DNA of 64,000 bases from Cenarchaeum sp. (GTDB lineage Archaea; Thermoproteota; Nitrososphaeria; Nitrososphaerales; Nitrosopumilaceae), in NCBI GenBank assembly GCA_963693095.2, contig OY843768.1, positions 1,504,001 to 1,568,000 of the forward strand, written 5' to 3'. Below the pieces are notes generated by a model. It was not told the DNA's origin, did not search any database, and was given only the letters and a program-made list of their open reading frames with translations. Made by a program: the position numbers and the translations under genes. Below, piece after piece: positions 9,709 to 19,131 of the stretch. The stretch's first letter is position 1; each line of letters starts with the position of its first letter.

Positions 9709-10716
9709 ATGCCCTCTACGGTGATAGTCGGAGGATTTTATGGCGATGAGGGCAAGGGCAAGCTCGTCTCGTACCTAGCCACGCACGACTCGCCGTCGCT
9801 CATCGTGAGGGGCGGGGCCGGCCCCAATGCGGGCCATACGATAATCGACAGGGGCAAGACGTGCAAGGTTCGCATGATCCCGTGCGGCTTTGTCAACAGG
9901 GAGACGCGCCTCGGGATAGGCCCCGGCGTGGTAGTCGACCCTGACATCCTCCTGCGCGAGGTTGGCGAGTTTGGCGCCGAGGGCAGGGTCGTCGTGGACT
10001 CGCGATGCGGCGTGATCGACGCGTCGCACCGCGAGGCCGACGCCGGAGGCCATCTGGCCGGCAAGATAGGGAGCACGGGGTCAGGAACCGGACCGGCCAA
10101 CGCCGAGCGCGCAATGCGCACGCTGCGCCTGGCGCGCGATGAGCCCCGCCTAGAGGGCATCACCGGCGACGTTCCACTAGAGCTCAACTCGGCGCTCGAT
10201 GAGGGCAAAGACGTCCTCGTCGAGGGCACGCAGGGGACGTTCCTCTCGCTCTGGCACGGGACATACCCCTATGTCACCTCAAAGGACGTCACGGCCGCCG
10301 GCATATGCGCCGATGTGGGCCTCGGGCCGAGGCGCGTGGATGAGGTCATCGTCGCCTTCAAGGCGTACGTCACGCGCGTGGGAACCGGACCCCTCGAGGG
10401 CGAGCTTGGAGTCGAGGAGGCAAAGTCACGCGGGTGGGCCGAGTTTGGCGCAGTCACGGGCAGGCCGCGCAGGGCCGCCGAGTTTGACCATGCGCTAGCT
10501 AGGCGTGCAGTCATGCTCAACGGCGCCACGCAGCTTGCCATCACAAAGCTCGACGTCGTCTTCCCCGAGTGCGCAGGCGTGAGCTCGTGGGACGGCCTCG
10601 CGCCCGAGGCACGCGCGTTCGTCGAGGGAATCGAGTCCTCCCTAGGCGTGCGCGTCACGCTCATGGGCACTGGTCCGGGCGCAGACGACATAGTTGACCG
10701 CAGGGCCCACGCCTAA
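9709..10716 (+). CDS. purA: Adenylosuccinate synthetase (short archaeal type)
   Basis: GDEGKGK, GPNAGHT, EGTQG, GTYPYVTS, VTGRPRR and TKLD motifs. Confidence 0.97.
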   Translation: MPSTVIVGGFYGDEGKGKLVSYLATHDSPSLIVRGGAGPNAGHTIIDRGKTCKVRMIPCGFVNRETRLGIGPGVVVDPDILLREVGEFGAEGRVVVDSRCGVIDASHREADAGGHLAGKIGSTGSGTGPANAERAMRTLRLARDEPRLEGITGDVPLELNSALDEGKDVLVEGTQGTFLSLWHGTYPYVTSKDVTAAGICADVGLGPRRVDEVIVAFKAYVTRVGTGPLEGELGVEEAKSRGWAEFGAVTGRPRRAAEFDHALARRAVMLNGATQLAITKLDVVFPECAGVSSWDGLAPEARAFVEGIESSLGVRVTLMGTGPGADDIVDRRAHA

Positions 10717-10756
10717 TAGGGTAGGTTTAATTTGTCGCAATCTGCCATGCGCGCGC

Positions 10757-11440
10757 ATGGCCACAACGGCGAATGAAGCGGACACAAAGCCACGCTATAT
10801 CGAGGTCAGCTCGCACCTCGAGTTCTCACGCATGGTCTGCGCACTAGAGCGCATGCCGCGAACCGTCTTTATGCACGAGCATGACGGCACGCAGGTTCTC
10901 TCTGTCCAGATGGACATACTCAACGAAAAGCCCGTCATATACTATGTGCAGGCCGACAGGGGCGGCCAGTATATCTCGTACAGCATACGCGGCAACCGCG
11001 AGGAGGCGGCCATGACGGACTCGGTCAGCGAGACTGGGCGCATTTACTCGCCCATAGTCGGCATAAAGTCGCTCCCAAGCAGCCTTCGCGCCGGCAACGG
11101 GACTGCGGACAAGTACTTTCCGCTCGAGCTAGACAACCTGTCTAGCCTCGCAAAGCTGAGCTATGGCTTTGAGGACACGCCATTTCCGCTCTTTGCGTTT
11201 CCGGCCAACGGCAAGTGGCTAGTCGGCGTGTTCATGAACTTTAACGAGGACGGCCCGTCGTACTTTTGCCATGTGGCCATGGACTCCGAGCCGGCAAAGC
11301 CCTTCCTAAAGTACGCGACGTCCAACGGCTCAAAGCCCGAGCTCGTCGATGCGCCAAGTGACCACGGCTACTCGTACATCAAGATAATACGCCTAAAGGA
11401 GACGCACCCGCTAGTCGACTATGCGCAGCTTCAAAACTAG
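10757..11440 (+). CDS. Conserved hypothetical protein
   Basis: Long ORF with native codon usage, between purA and pyrF. Confidence 0.7.
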   Translation: MATTANEADTKPRYIEVSSHLEFSRMVCALERMPRTVFMHEHDGTQVLSVQMDILNEKPVIYYVQADRGGQYISYSIRGNREEAAMTDSVSETGRIYSPIVGIKSLPSSLRAGNGTADKYFPLELDNLSSLAKLSYGFEDTPFPLFAFPANGKWLVGVFMNFNEDGPSYFCHVAMDSEPAKPFLKYATSNGSKPELVDAPSDHGYSYIKIIRLKETHPLVDYAQLQN

Positions 11441-12152
11441 GATGCGCGAGGCCGCGCGTGCGGCCGGTCCCCTCGTCCTTGCAGCAGATATTGCCGGTTC
11501 GCCCTCGCGAACCGCTGCGCGCATACAGGCCGCAACAAGGCGCGTTGAGGGCAGCGCGTGCGCGATAAAGCTAAACATGCACGCGCTCCTCCCGCTAGGC
11601 GCAGCCGAGATTCGCGACATTGCGCGAACTGCCCACTCGCTAGGCATGCAGGCAATAGCAGACATAAAGCTCAACGACATTCCTGCCACAAACGAGGCCG
11701 CAGCATCTGCGCTGTGGTCCATGGGCATCGACGCGCTGATCGCAAACCCCGTCATGGGTCCGGCGAGCCTCGCGGCCCTTGCGCGCGCGGCGAGGCGAGG
11801 GGGGCACGGCGTCATTGCGCTGGGCCACATGAGCGCCCCGGAGGCGCGCGCGACGTACGAGACGCGCATCTCGCCCTCACGGCGCCTATATCACAACTTT
11901 GTGCGCAGCGCTGCGCGCGCAGGCGTCGACGGGATCGTCGTTGGCGCGACATATCCGCGGATAATATCCGAGTGCGCGCGCATTGCTCGCGGCGTGCCGA
12001 TATACTCCCCCGGCATCGGGGCCCAGGGCGGCAGCGCGCAGCGCGCGGCGTCTGCTGGCACGGACTATTTCATCGTGGGCCGCTCAATCCTGCGGGCGCG
12101 TGACGCGCGAGCCGAGGCCGCCCGTGTCTGCGCCCTCGTCACCGCAGAGTAG
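11421..12152 (+). CDS. pyrF: Orotidine 5'-phosphate decarboxylase
   Basis: IADIKLNDIPAT, VVGAT, SPGIGAQGG and IVGRSI motifs. Confidence 0.95.
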   Translation: MRSFKTRMREAARAAGPLVLAADIAGSPSRTAARIQAATRRVEGSACAIKLNMHALLPLGAAEIRDIARTAHSLGMQAIADIKLNDIPATNEAAASALWSMGIDALIANPVMGPASLAALARAARRGGHGVIALGHMSAPEARATYETRISPSRRLYHNFVRSAARAGVDGIVVGATYPRIISECARIARGVPIYSPGIGAQGGSAQRAASAGTDYFIVGRSILRARDARAEAARVCALVTAE

Positions 12153-12554
12153 GCGGTTTGCGGCCTCAAGGACGCCTCGTGCGTTCTCGTACGTTAGCGT
12201 GTCCATCGCCTGCTCGTACCCTTCCCACACGTGTGCCCTGTGCTCGTGCGAGAGGCGCACGCGCGTGGTGTTCGTGCGCGCAAGATAGAACGAGACACTC
12301 TTGCGTATAAAGACGCCCTCGTGAACAAAGTTGTAGCGTATCTCCCTTTGAAACCCCTCAACGAACTCGATGTCCGATATTCCCGTCTCCTCGAGCGTCT
12401 CGCGCACGACGGTCTGGCGATCGTCCTCACCGGCCTCAATCTTGCCCTTGACAAAGTCCCAGTGGTTTGTTGGATATAGAAGGAGCAAAAAGCGGCGCTC
12501 ATCGCCGTCCCCCGTGAATATTACCGCACCTGCTGACCTTTGCGTGATTCCCAT
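12084..12554 (-). CDS. NUDIX hydrolase, Ap4A asymmetrical hydrolase-like
   Basis: SAGAVIF, HWDFVKGKIEAGE...RETLEETG Nudix box, LSHEH. Confidence 0.9.
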   Translation of the reverse strand: MGITQRSAGAVIFTGDGDERRFLLLLYPTNHWDFVKGKIEAGEDDRQTVVRETLEETGISDIEFVEGFQREIRYNFVHEGVFIRKSVSFYLARTNTTRVRLSHEHRAHVWEGYEQAMDTLTYENARGVLEAANRLLCGDEGADTGGLGSRVTRPQD

Positions 12555-12557
12555 ATC

Positions 12558-13346
12558 CTATCGGCCCCCGCGGCGCTCGCGGCTCTGAAATGTCCGTATC
12601 GCGCGCATCAGGTCTATCTTGCGAAACTCGGGCCAGAGTATGTCCATAAAGACGAGCTCGCTGTATGCGCTCTGCCATAAGAGAAAGCCGCTAAGCCTGC
12701 GCTCGCCGGATGTGCGAAGGACGAGATCCGGCGCTGACTGCGGGAGGTGTGACGTGTAGAGGTTTGACTCAATGACAGACTTGTCGATCGATGACGCATC
12801 AACGCTTCCGTCATCCACCCCACGCGCTATCTTTTTGACCGCATCGACGAGCTCGTCCTGGCCACCGTACGCTAGTGCGATGTTGAGAAAGCGCCGGTCG
12901 TATCCGCGCGTGGCCTCCTCGAGCGCGTCGAGCGTGCGCGTGATCGACTTGGGCAAGAGGTCGAGCCTGCCCATTCCCGTGACGCGCATGCGGCGCCGGT
13001 GAAGGCGCGAGTCGGCAAGGAGCTTTTCCAGGCGAGCCCCAATCAGGGCAAAGAGCCCGTCGACCTCCGAGTCGCCGCGGTCGAGGTTCTCAACAGAGAG
13101 CGCATAGAGCGTGATTATGCGGATGCCGAGCTCCTCGCACCAGTCAAGGAGGCGCTCGACTGCGTCGGCTCCCATGCCGTGCGCATCATCGGTGCGCGCA
13201 TTTTTGCCCCTGGCCCATCGCCGGTTGCCGTCAAGTATGAGCGCAATGTGGCCGGGCATCGGCCTTTGGCCAATCTCGCGCTCAAGCCGTCGCGAGTACA
13301 GTCCGTACAGGCCTCCGGCTCGCAGGAGCACATCCCTTAATGTCAA
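12558..13346 (-). CDS. uppS: cis-prenyltransferase (polyprenyl diphosphate synthase)
   Basis: HIALILDGNRRWA, YALSVEN, AYGGQDE, RTSGERRLSGFLLWQSAYSE and WPEF motifs. Confidence 0.96.
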   Translation of the reverse strand: MTLRDVLLRAGGLYGLYSRRLEREIGQRPMPGHIALILDGNRRWARGKNARTDDAHGMGADAVERLLDWCEELGIRIITLYALSVENLDRGDSEVDGLFALIGARLEKLLADSRLHRRRMRVTGMGRLDLLPKSITRTLDALEEATRGYDRRFLNIALAYGGQDELVDAVKKIARGVDDGSVDASSIDKSVIESNLYTSHLPQSAPDLVLRTSGERRLSGFLLWQSAYSELVFMDILWPEFRKIDLMRAIRTFQSRERRGGR

Positions 13347-13384
13347 CGCGTGCGCGCATGGGCCGCAGTATTATGTGCCTTTGC

Positions 13385-13640
13385 GGCGACCGGTGGGCGC
13401 CCGTAAAGCCGACAGGGCCGCCCCTGTAGGGCACAGGCTCCCCTGGCATGCCCTGGGCATGGATTTCAGGGGCAGCCCTAGAGCCGACGTCGATGCGGCA
13501 ATTTGCAGGTGAGCTCTCCCGGCTGACTATGACGTGTGGGGCATTTGCCCACACGTGCCCCGCGATACTGACGACCCGATTGTCCGGATGACAGTCCCCA
13601 CGTTCAGGAAACTAGGGCCACACGTGCCCCATGGGCAGCT
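13385..13640. other. GC-rich structured intergenic region (nested hairpins and 13-bp direct repeat); candidate ncRNA or repeat element
   Basis: Nested pairs TAGGGC/GCCCTA, CCCCTG/CAGGGG and CATGCC/GGCATG (13427-13480); ACGTGTGGG/CCCACACGT (13532-13556); CCACACGTGCCCC at 13549 and 13618. Confidence 0.35.
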
Positions 13641-13722
13641 ATTGTAATATTAGAGACAGGGCACGGGCTGTCCAATGACAGCAGCAGACATGCAAAGAGC
13701 ACGTCAGCGAGGATTGTCAGGC

Positions 13723-14496
13723 ATGAAAAGGCCGATTGAAACAAACAGTATCCATCATGGTGATTGCATAGAGGTAATGAAGGCCATCCCTGATGAGACA
13801 ATAGGCACAATAGTCACATCACCCCCATACAACATAAAAAATTCCACAGGGAATGGGCTAAAAAACCCCAACGGCGGCAAGTGGCCCAATGCCGCACTTC
13901 AAAACGGGTATGTGGAGCACAGCGATTCCATGTCACATCAGGAATATGTGAGATGGCAGCGTGAGTGCATCTCTGAGATGATGCGCATTTTAAGGCAGGA
14001 CGGGGTGATCTTTTACAACCACAAGTGGCGCGTGCAGAATGGAATAATGCAAGATCGAGAGGAGATCATAAGGGATTTTCCAGTCAGGCAGATAATAATT
14101 TGGCAAAGGGACGGAGGAATAAACTTCAATCCAGGGTATTTTTTGCCCACGTATGAGGTGATCTATATGATCACAAAACCAAAGTTCAAGCTGGTGCCCA
14201 AGGCAAACAAAATTGGAGATGTGTGGAGAATATCCCAAGAGAGGAACAATCCCCACCCTGCGCCATTTCCAGTACAGTTGGCTAAAAATTGCATACTTGC
14301 CACGGACAATGGAATTGTGATGGATCCATTTTTGGGATCAGGAACTACGGCCATTGCGGCAAAAATATGCGACCGTGAGTGGATTGGAGTGGAGCAATCA
14401 AGAGAGTATTGCACGCTAGCGAAACGGAGAATTGAGGAGACATCAACCATAAAGCAGGCAACGCCCAAAAAAATCAACATAATCACCTCGAGCTAG
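13723..14496 (+). CDS. Orphan beta-class DNA amino-methyltransferase (TSPPY, probably N4-cytosine)
   Basis: HGDC, VTSPPYN, HPAPFP and MDPFLGSGTT motifs; visibly AT-richer than the flanks. Confidence 0.92.
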   Translation: MKRPIETNSIHHGDCIEVMKAIPDETIGTIVTSPPYNIKNSTGNGLKNPNGGKWPNAALQNGYVEHSDSMSHQEYVRWQRECISEMMRILRQDGVIFYNHKWRVQNGIMQDREEIIRDFPVRQIIIWQRDGGINFNPGYFLPTYEVIYMITKPKFKLVPKANKIGDVWRISQERNNPHPAPFPVQLAKNCILATDNGIVMDPFLGSGTTAIAAKICDREWIGVEQSREYCTLAKRRIEETSTIKQATPKKINIITSS

Positions 14497-14667
14497 CGGC
14501 GCATGCGAGCACCAGAGCCCGGACACGGACCTGCCGCCGCCACGCCTGCCCAGATGGAGCCGAATCACATGACCCCATAGGCCGTGCCCACGGGGCTCCC
14601 CGACTCTGCTGAACAGCCGCGATGCCCCGGTCCGGGGCAGGACGCCCCTGTGCGCCAGGGACCCACA

Positions 14668-15813
14668 CTATGCGCTCTCGGCGGCGCCCTCGACCCCGTC
14701 GTCGTGCTGCCGCTTGTAGCGCCTAAAGAGCACAAAGGCCGCAGCCAGCGTGACGCCCAGGCCGGCGAGCAGCGGGGGGACGAGCGTAAACTCGCTCTCG
14801 CCGTTGGCAAGTATGCTCGTAAACTGGGCCAGTGTAGGATAGATTGCGATGAGGGCGATGATCCGCAAGATGTCGCCGATCTCGTGGCGTGCGCCGGCAA
14901 AGAGGTGGCTGAGCATCATGCCGCCGAGCATGACTCCGATCCCTATCCAGAGTATCGGCAGCGCGCCGGCCATGAACTGCCCCGCCGAGACGCGATCCAC
15001 TATAATGCTGCCAATCTCGGCACCCTCGACCGGACCCACAGTCGATATGCCCGCCGGAATCGAGGCGATCATCAGGACTATGCCGGTGACCATCGTGAAC
15101 AGCCGCACGAGCGCTGCAGGTTCGGGCTTTGTCCAGTTGATCCACGCCTTGTCGATGTCAAACGCGCGCGTTATCAGCGCGCCGGCGAGTATGATGACGA
15201 GAACCGAGACTATCTCCGTGGCGTATCCGAGAACAGTCGCGATGCCCCCTATGAGGAGGAGCACGCCGGGCACGCCAAGAAAGAACTTTGAGTAGCGCGC
15301 GTCATACATTACCATCTTTAGGTACTTGCCAAACACGGCGTACGAGTGCTCGATCGTGTGGCTCACCTTCATCACGACGCGCTGCACGGACACTACGGGC
15401 ACGAGGTTCTGTATTACCGGAATGACGGCCTCGTCGTCCTCCCCGTCAGAGACGATTACGGCGCCCGTTGCCGAGAACTTTTCTAGAACGGCGCGAGTCT
15501 CGGCGACTATCTTTTCATCAGCACGCATGCCGCGCCGGTTCTCACCGGCAATGACTGTGACCTCGGCACTGTACCCGCGACTCACGAGATCCTCGTATGA
15601 CTTTATCGCCGAAAAGATCGCATTAGAGTCAGCATCCTCGGGATCCTCGAGCGCAAGGCGCTGTGCGGCCTCTAGGCACGCGTTGCGGCCCACGACGGGC
15701 GTCTCGATTCCGGCCTTGTCGCCGATGTCATTGTCACGATCGACGCAGATGACGAGTATCCTGCTCGACTCTGAGGCGCCCATCTTGCGCATCTTGCCTA
15801 TCTCCTGGGCCAT
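14668..15813 (-). CDS. DUF373-family membrane protein
   Basis: LVICVDRDNDIG, DPEDADSN, VSDGEDDE and SVQRVVMK motifs plus TM helices; TTATTATAAG upstream. Confidence 0.88.
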   Translation of the reverse strand: MAQEIGKMRKMGASESSRILVICVDRDNDIGDKAGIETPVVGRNACLEAAQRLALEDPEDADSNAIFSAIKSYEDLVSRGYSAEVTVIAGENRRGMRADEKIVAETRAVLEKFSATGAVIVSDGEDDEAVIPVIQNLVPVVSVQRVVMKVSHTIEHSYAVFGKYLKMVMYDARYSKFFLGVPGVLLLIGGIATVLGYATEIVSVLVIILAGALITRAFDIDKAWINWTKPEPAALVRLFTMVTGIVLMIASIPAGISTVGPVEGAEIGSIIVDRVSAGQFMAGALPILWIGIGVMLGGMMLSHLFAGARHEIGDILRIIALIAIYPTLAQFTSILANGESEFTLVPPLLAGLGVTLAAAFVLFRRYKRQHDDGVEGAAESA

Positions 15814-15883
15814 GCGGGGCATTGACCGTATCGCCTTATAATAATTCGCACCCGTTGCCGTGGGGGACACGTGGTTTTTGGCC

Positions 15884-16375
15884 CTATGGGCGGGCACGGA
15901 GCGACTCGTCGGCCATGGCGCCTGATGCGCGCAGCGCGTCCTCGAGGCGTTGCGTGTCAGGAGCCACCTCGCCGGACTCGACTAGCCTTGCGATGACGAT
16001 CGACTCGGCAATGTACGAGTCTAGCGCGCGCAGCGACTCGACTGCTGCGCCATAGCTGAGATGCCACTCCTCTGGAGGATCGGCGCGCAGGAGGCCGGCG
16101 ACTTGGGACTTTGCGATGACAGCAGACTCGCGCGCATGCTCGGCATACTCGTCGACTCCGATCGTGCCGGCCATGACATCATCTAGGAGCTCCGAGACGC
16201 CGGCGGCTAGCGCGACGCGGCGCTCGTCTATGCCGTCAAGGTTTTCGGCATGGTCGGATATGACGACGGTTCCGCCGGGGACTCCCTGCGGGACAAGCCA
16301 TATCGCAAAGGATGCTGCCGTCACGAGCACTAGCATTCCGGCCGTCACGGCAAGTCCCCTTTTTGAGGCCATCAT
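15884..16375 (-). CDS. Membrane-anchored hypothetical protein
   Basis: N-terminal TM segment then a helical domain with PPEEWHLSY; TTATAAG upstream. Confidence 0.75.
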   Translation of the reverse strand: MMASKRGLAVTAGMLVLVTAASFAIWLVPQGVPGGTVVISDHAENLDGIDERRVALAAGVSELLDDVMAGTIGVDEYAEHARESAVIAKSQVAGLLRADPPEEWHLSYGAAVESLRALDSYIAESIVIARLVESGEVAPDTQRLEDALRASGAMADESLRARP

Positions 16376-16515
16376 GGCCGGTTCGGGGGCCGAAGCTTAT
16401 AACTGATCGCCGGGACAGGCCAGATTCGAGCCCATGCGCGATCACGCCTCTAGCGCATAGTTAAATAATCTTAACTCTTTCTTTCTAAATATCACCGTGC
16501 GGGCGTTTTGCTGCA

Positions 16516-16662
16516 ATGGCACAGGCATACTGCGTAAAGTGCAGGGAGAAGCGGGAGATAAAGAACCCCAAGGAGACCAAGCTAAAGAACGGAAGGCCGG
16601 CAGTCAAGGGCACGTGCCCGACTTGCGGAACCAACGTCTTTCGCATAGGCAAGCCCGAGTGA
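16516..16662 (+). CDS. 48-aa basic zinc-ribbon protein (DUF5679-like)
   Basis: Manual translation: MAQAYCVKCREKREIKNPKETKLKNGRPAVKGTCPTCGTNVFRIGKPE. Confidence 0.85.
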   Translation: MAQAYCVKCREKREIKNPKETKLKNGRPAVKGTCPTCGTNVFRIGKPE

Positions 16663-16725
16663 GACGCCCAATACGCTCGCGCAAGGCACAATCCAATTAT
16701 AGGGAGTCCTGCGCACGCGCCGCTG

Positions 16726-17148
16726 ATGGCAAGGGACGACTATGTTGCGCTGCTCGATCGCATACGCGACGGCCTCTCTGATGAGGCACGGCAGGAGGCC
16801 GCACGCCTCGAGCTGCCCCCCGTGGATGTCATGTGGGAGGGCCAAAAGACGTTCCTGCGCAACTTTGCCGATTTCCCCAAGGTCCTGAGGCGCGAGCCAG
16901 AAAAGATACTCCAGTACCTCGCAAAGGAGTTCGCCGTGCCGGCCGAGAGGATGGGCGAGAAGGCCATGTTCGTGGGCAAGCGCGACCCCGATGACTTTAC
17001 GCGCCTCTTCAAGATATACCTGCAAGAGTATGTGGTGTGCCCGACGTGCAGCAGCCCGGACACGCGCGTGACAAAGGAGAACAGGATATCGTTTCTCGTC
17101 TGCGAGGCATGCGGCGCAAAGTCCACGTTAAAGGGCAAGTACGCATGA
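16726..17148 (+). CDS. eif2b: Translation initiation factor aIF-2 beta
   Basis: GQKTFLRNF, LRREP, YVVCPTCSSPDT and CEACGA motifs. Confidence 0.95.
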   Translation: MARDDYVALLDRIRDGLSDEARQEAARLELPPVDVMWEGQKTFLRNFADFPKVLRREPEKILQYLAKEFAVPAERMGEKAMFVGKRDPDDFTRLFKIYLQEYVVCPTCSSPDTRVTKENRISFLVCEACGAKSTLKGKYA

Positions 17149-17441
17149 GTGCCTTCTCCGTAAAGACCGGCGGGCACGAGGGAAACGCCATCCTCAACAT
17201 CTGTGATGATGACCTCCTCGGCAGGAGCATAACTGACGGGGCGCGAACCATAGAGATCGGCGGGTACTATCGTGACAGGCTCGTCGAGCGCGAGGAGGCC
17301 GCGAGGCTCCTCGTCGAGTCGCAGATAATCAACATGGTCGGCGAGCGGACCGTCAGGCTCGCCCTCGAGCTCGAGGTTGGCGCCGAGGACGGGATCAAGA
17401 GGATAGGCGGCGTGCCGTTTCTGCTCGTCTTCAAAATATGA
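17145..17441 (+). CDS. DUF424-family protein
   Basis: LNICDDDLLG, IINMVGERTV and IGGVP motifs; conserved position after aIF-2beta. Confidence 0.85.
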   Translation: MSAFSVKTGGHEGNAILNICDDDLLGRSITDGARTIEIGGYYRDRLVEREEAARLLVESQIINMVGERTVRLALELEVGAEDGIKRIGGVPFLLVFKI

Positions 17442-17480
17442 GGCACACAGATATATACAAAATCCCCTGGGGCCGATCCC

Positions 17481-17792
17481 ATGGGAAAGCGAAAGGTTCT
17501 CAACGAGAGTGCGCTAAAAGAGGTCCGGCTTCCGCAGGAGGGCGAGCTCCTAGGACGCGTCATAAAGCTCCTTGGAAGTGACCAGGTTCTCGTAAAGTGC
17601 ATGGACGGCATAACGAGAAGGGGGCGCATACGCGGCAAGCTAAAGCGCCGCATATGGATACGCGACAATGACATTGTCATAATTGCGCCTTGGGATTTCA
17701 AGGCGGACGAGCGCGGGGACATTGTGTGGAGATTTACGCTGCCGCAGGTTGACGGCCTCAAGAACAGCGGCCACCTGCCAAGGGACTTTTGA
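17481..17792 (+). CDS. eif1a: Translation initiation factor aIF-1A
   Basis: VRLPQEGE, CMDG, RIRGKLKRRIWI and PWDF motifs. Confidence 0.96.
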   Translation: MGKRKVLNESALKEVRLPQEGELLGRVIKLLGSDQVLVKCMDGITRRGRIRGKLKRRIWIRDNDIVIIAPWDFKADERGDIVWRFTLPQVDGLKNSGHLPRDF

Positions 17793-18571
17793 GTGACGTC
17801 GATGACACAACTGATGCGCTAGAGAGGCGCCTCGAGGGGATGCTCGCGCCGCGTCGGGCACTGCGCGGCGAGGGCGGCTTCAAGGGACGAAAGGTCATCG
17901 GCGAGGTCTTTGATCGCTCGACGGTCCATGCGATACACGCGATGATCCGCGAGGGCACACTCTTGCGCGTCAACGGCACGGTCAGTGCCGGAAAGGAGTC
18001 AGTGGTGTTCTGGGCCACCGGCGGTGACGGAGGCGACATTGCGCTAAAGGTCTACCTCGTGGCGACTGCGGGATTTCGCCAGCGCTCCGCCTACGTCGAC
18101 GGCGATCCGCGATTTAGGCGCGTGCGCGGCGGCACGCGCGCGATGGTCTATGCGTGGGCCCAAAAGGAGTTCAAGAACTTGTGTCGCGCGCGTGCGCGCG
18201 GAATTCGCGTTCCCTCCCCCATAGCGGTCAGCAAGAATGTCATGGCCATGGCATTTGTCGGCGAGGGCGGCGTGCCGGCTCGCACGCTCAACTCGGTTCG
18301 CGCGGGTCGTGCCGAGTACGAGGAGACAGTCAGGATCATCGAGTCGATGTGGCGCGATGCGGCCCTCGTCCATGGCGACCTCTCCGGATACAACCTCTTT
18401 GGCACGAGCGAGGGCGTCATCGTCTTTGACCTCGGCTCGGCAGTCGACACGCGCCATCCGCGCGCGCTCGAGTTCCTCAAAAGAGATATTAACAATGTCA
18501 CGAGCCTTTTTGTGAGGCACGGCCTAGAGGTCGAAAACCCCGCAGACGTGCTAGGAAGGATAACGCGATGA
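17789..18571 (+). CDS. rio1: RIO1-family Ser/Thr kinase
   Basis: SAGKESVVF, ALKVY, WAQKEFKNL, LVHGDLSGYN and FDLG motifs. Confidence 0.93.
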   Translation: MSDVDDTTDALERRLEGMLAPRRALRGEGGFKGRKVIGEVFDRSTVHAIHAMIREGTLLRVNGTVSAGKESVVFWATGGDGGDIALKVYLVATAGFRQRSAYVDGDPRFRRVRGGTRAMVYAWAQKEFKNLCRARARGIRVPSPIAVSKNVMAMAFVGEGGVPARTLNSVRAGRAEYEETVRIIESMWRDAALVHGDLSGYNLFGTSEGVIVFDLGSAVDTRHPRALEFLKRDINNVTSLFVRHGLEVENPADVLGRITR

Positions 18572-19131
18572 GCTTTGAGAGAAGAGTAAGGATACCAGCA
18601 GCGCGGATCGGCTCGCTAGTGGGCCGTTCAGGGAGCGCAAAGGCCAGCATCGAGAGCAGGTGCGGCGTGAGCGTTGAGATCGACGGCGACTCTGGCGAGG
18701 TCGTCATCCGCGGCGACCTGACTGACGAAAAGTCCGACCCCTTTGGCGCATCAGAGATCGTCACGGCCGTCGGGAGGGGCTTTTCGCCCGAGGCGGCCAT
18801 GCCCATAGCGAGCGGGCACTCCCTCCATGTCATGGACCTCAGGGACGTTGCGGGCAAGTCGCGCACACAGATTGAAAGGATTAAAGGCAGAATAATTGGC
18901 GAGCGCGGCAGGGCGCGCAGAAACATGGAGGAGCTCAGCGGAACGCGAATATCCGTATACGGCAGGACAGTCTCGGTCATCGGCCCTCCGGAGGGCATCA
19001 GGGAGGCAGTGGATGCGATCGGCGCGCTCTGCTCGGGCAGCATGCACGCCTCTGTCTACCGCCGCCTCGAGGCCTCGCGCAGGCGCCAGAAGGCCGAGAA
19101 GGCAATACTGTGGGAAGATCAGCATGTCTAG
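18568..19131 (+). CDS. KH-domain pre-rRNA processing protein (Dim2/PNO1)
   Basis: RIGSLVG, AVGRGFSPE, RIKGRIIG and GSMHASVY motifs. Confidence 0.92.
   Translation: MSFERRVRIPAARIGSLVGRSGSAKASIESRCGVSVEIDGDSGEVVIRGDLTDEKSDPFGASEIVTAVGRGFSPEAAMPIASGHSLHVMDLRDVAGKSRTQIERIKGRIIGERGRARRNMEELSGTRISVYGRTVSVIGPPEGIREAVDAIGALCSGSMHASVYRRLEASRRRQKAEKAILWEDQHV

Noticed and set aside
13385-13640. RNase P RNA, SRP RNA or tRNA
   Set aside because: No GAGGAAAGUCC-type P4 motif, no SRP helix-8 CAGG-GNRA-AGCAG motif and no cloverleaf on either strand. Kept only as an unassigned structured region.
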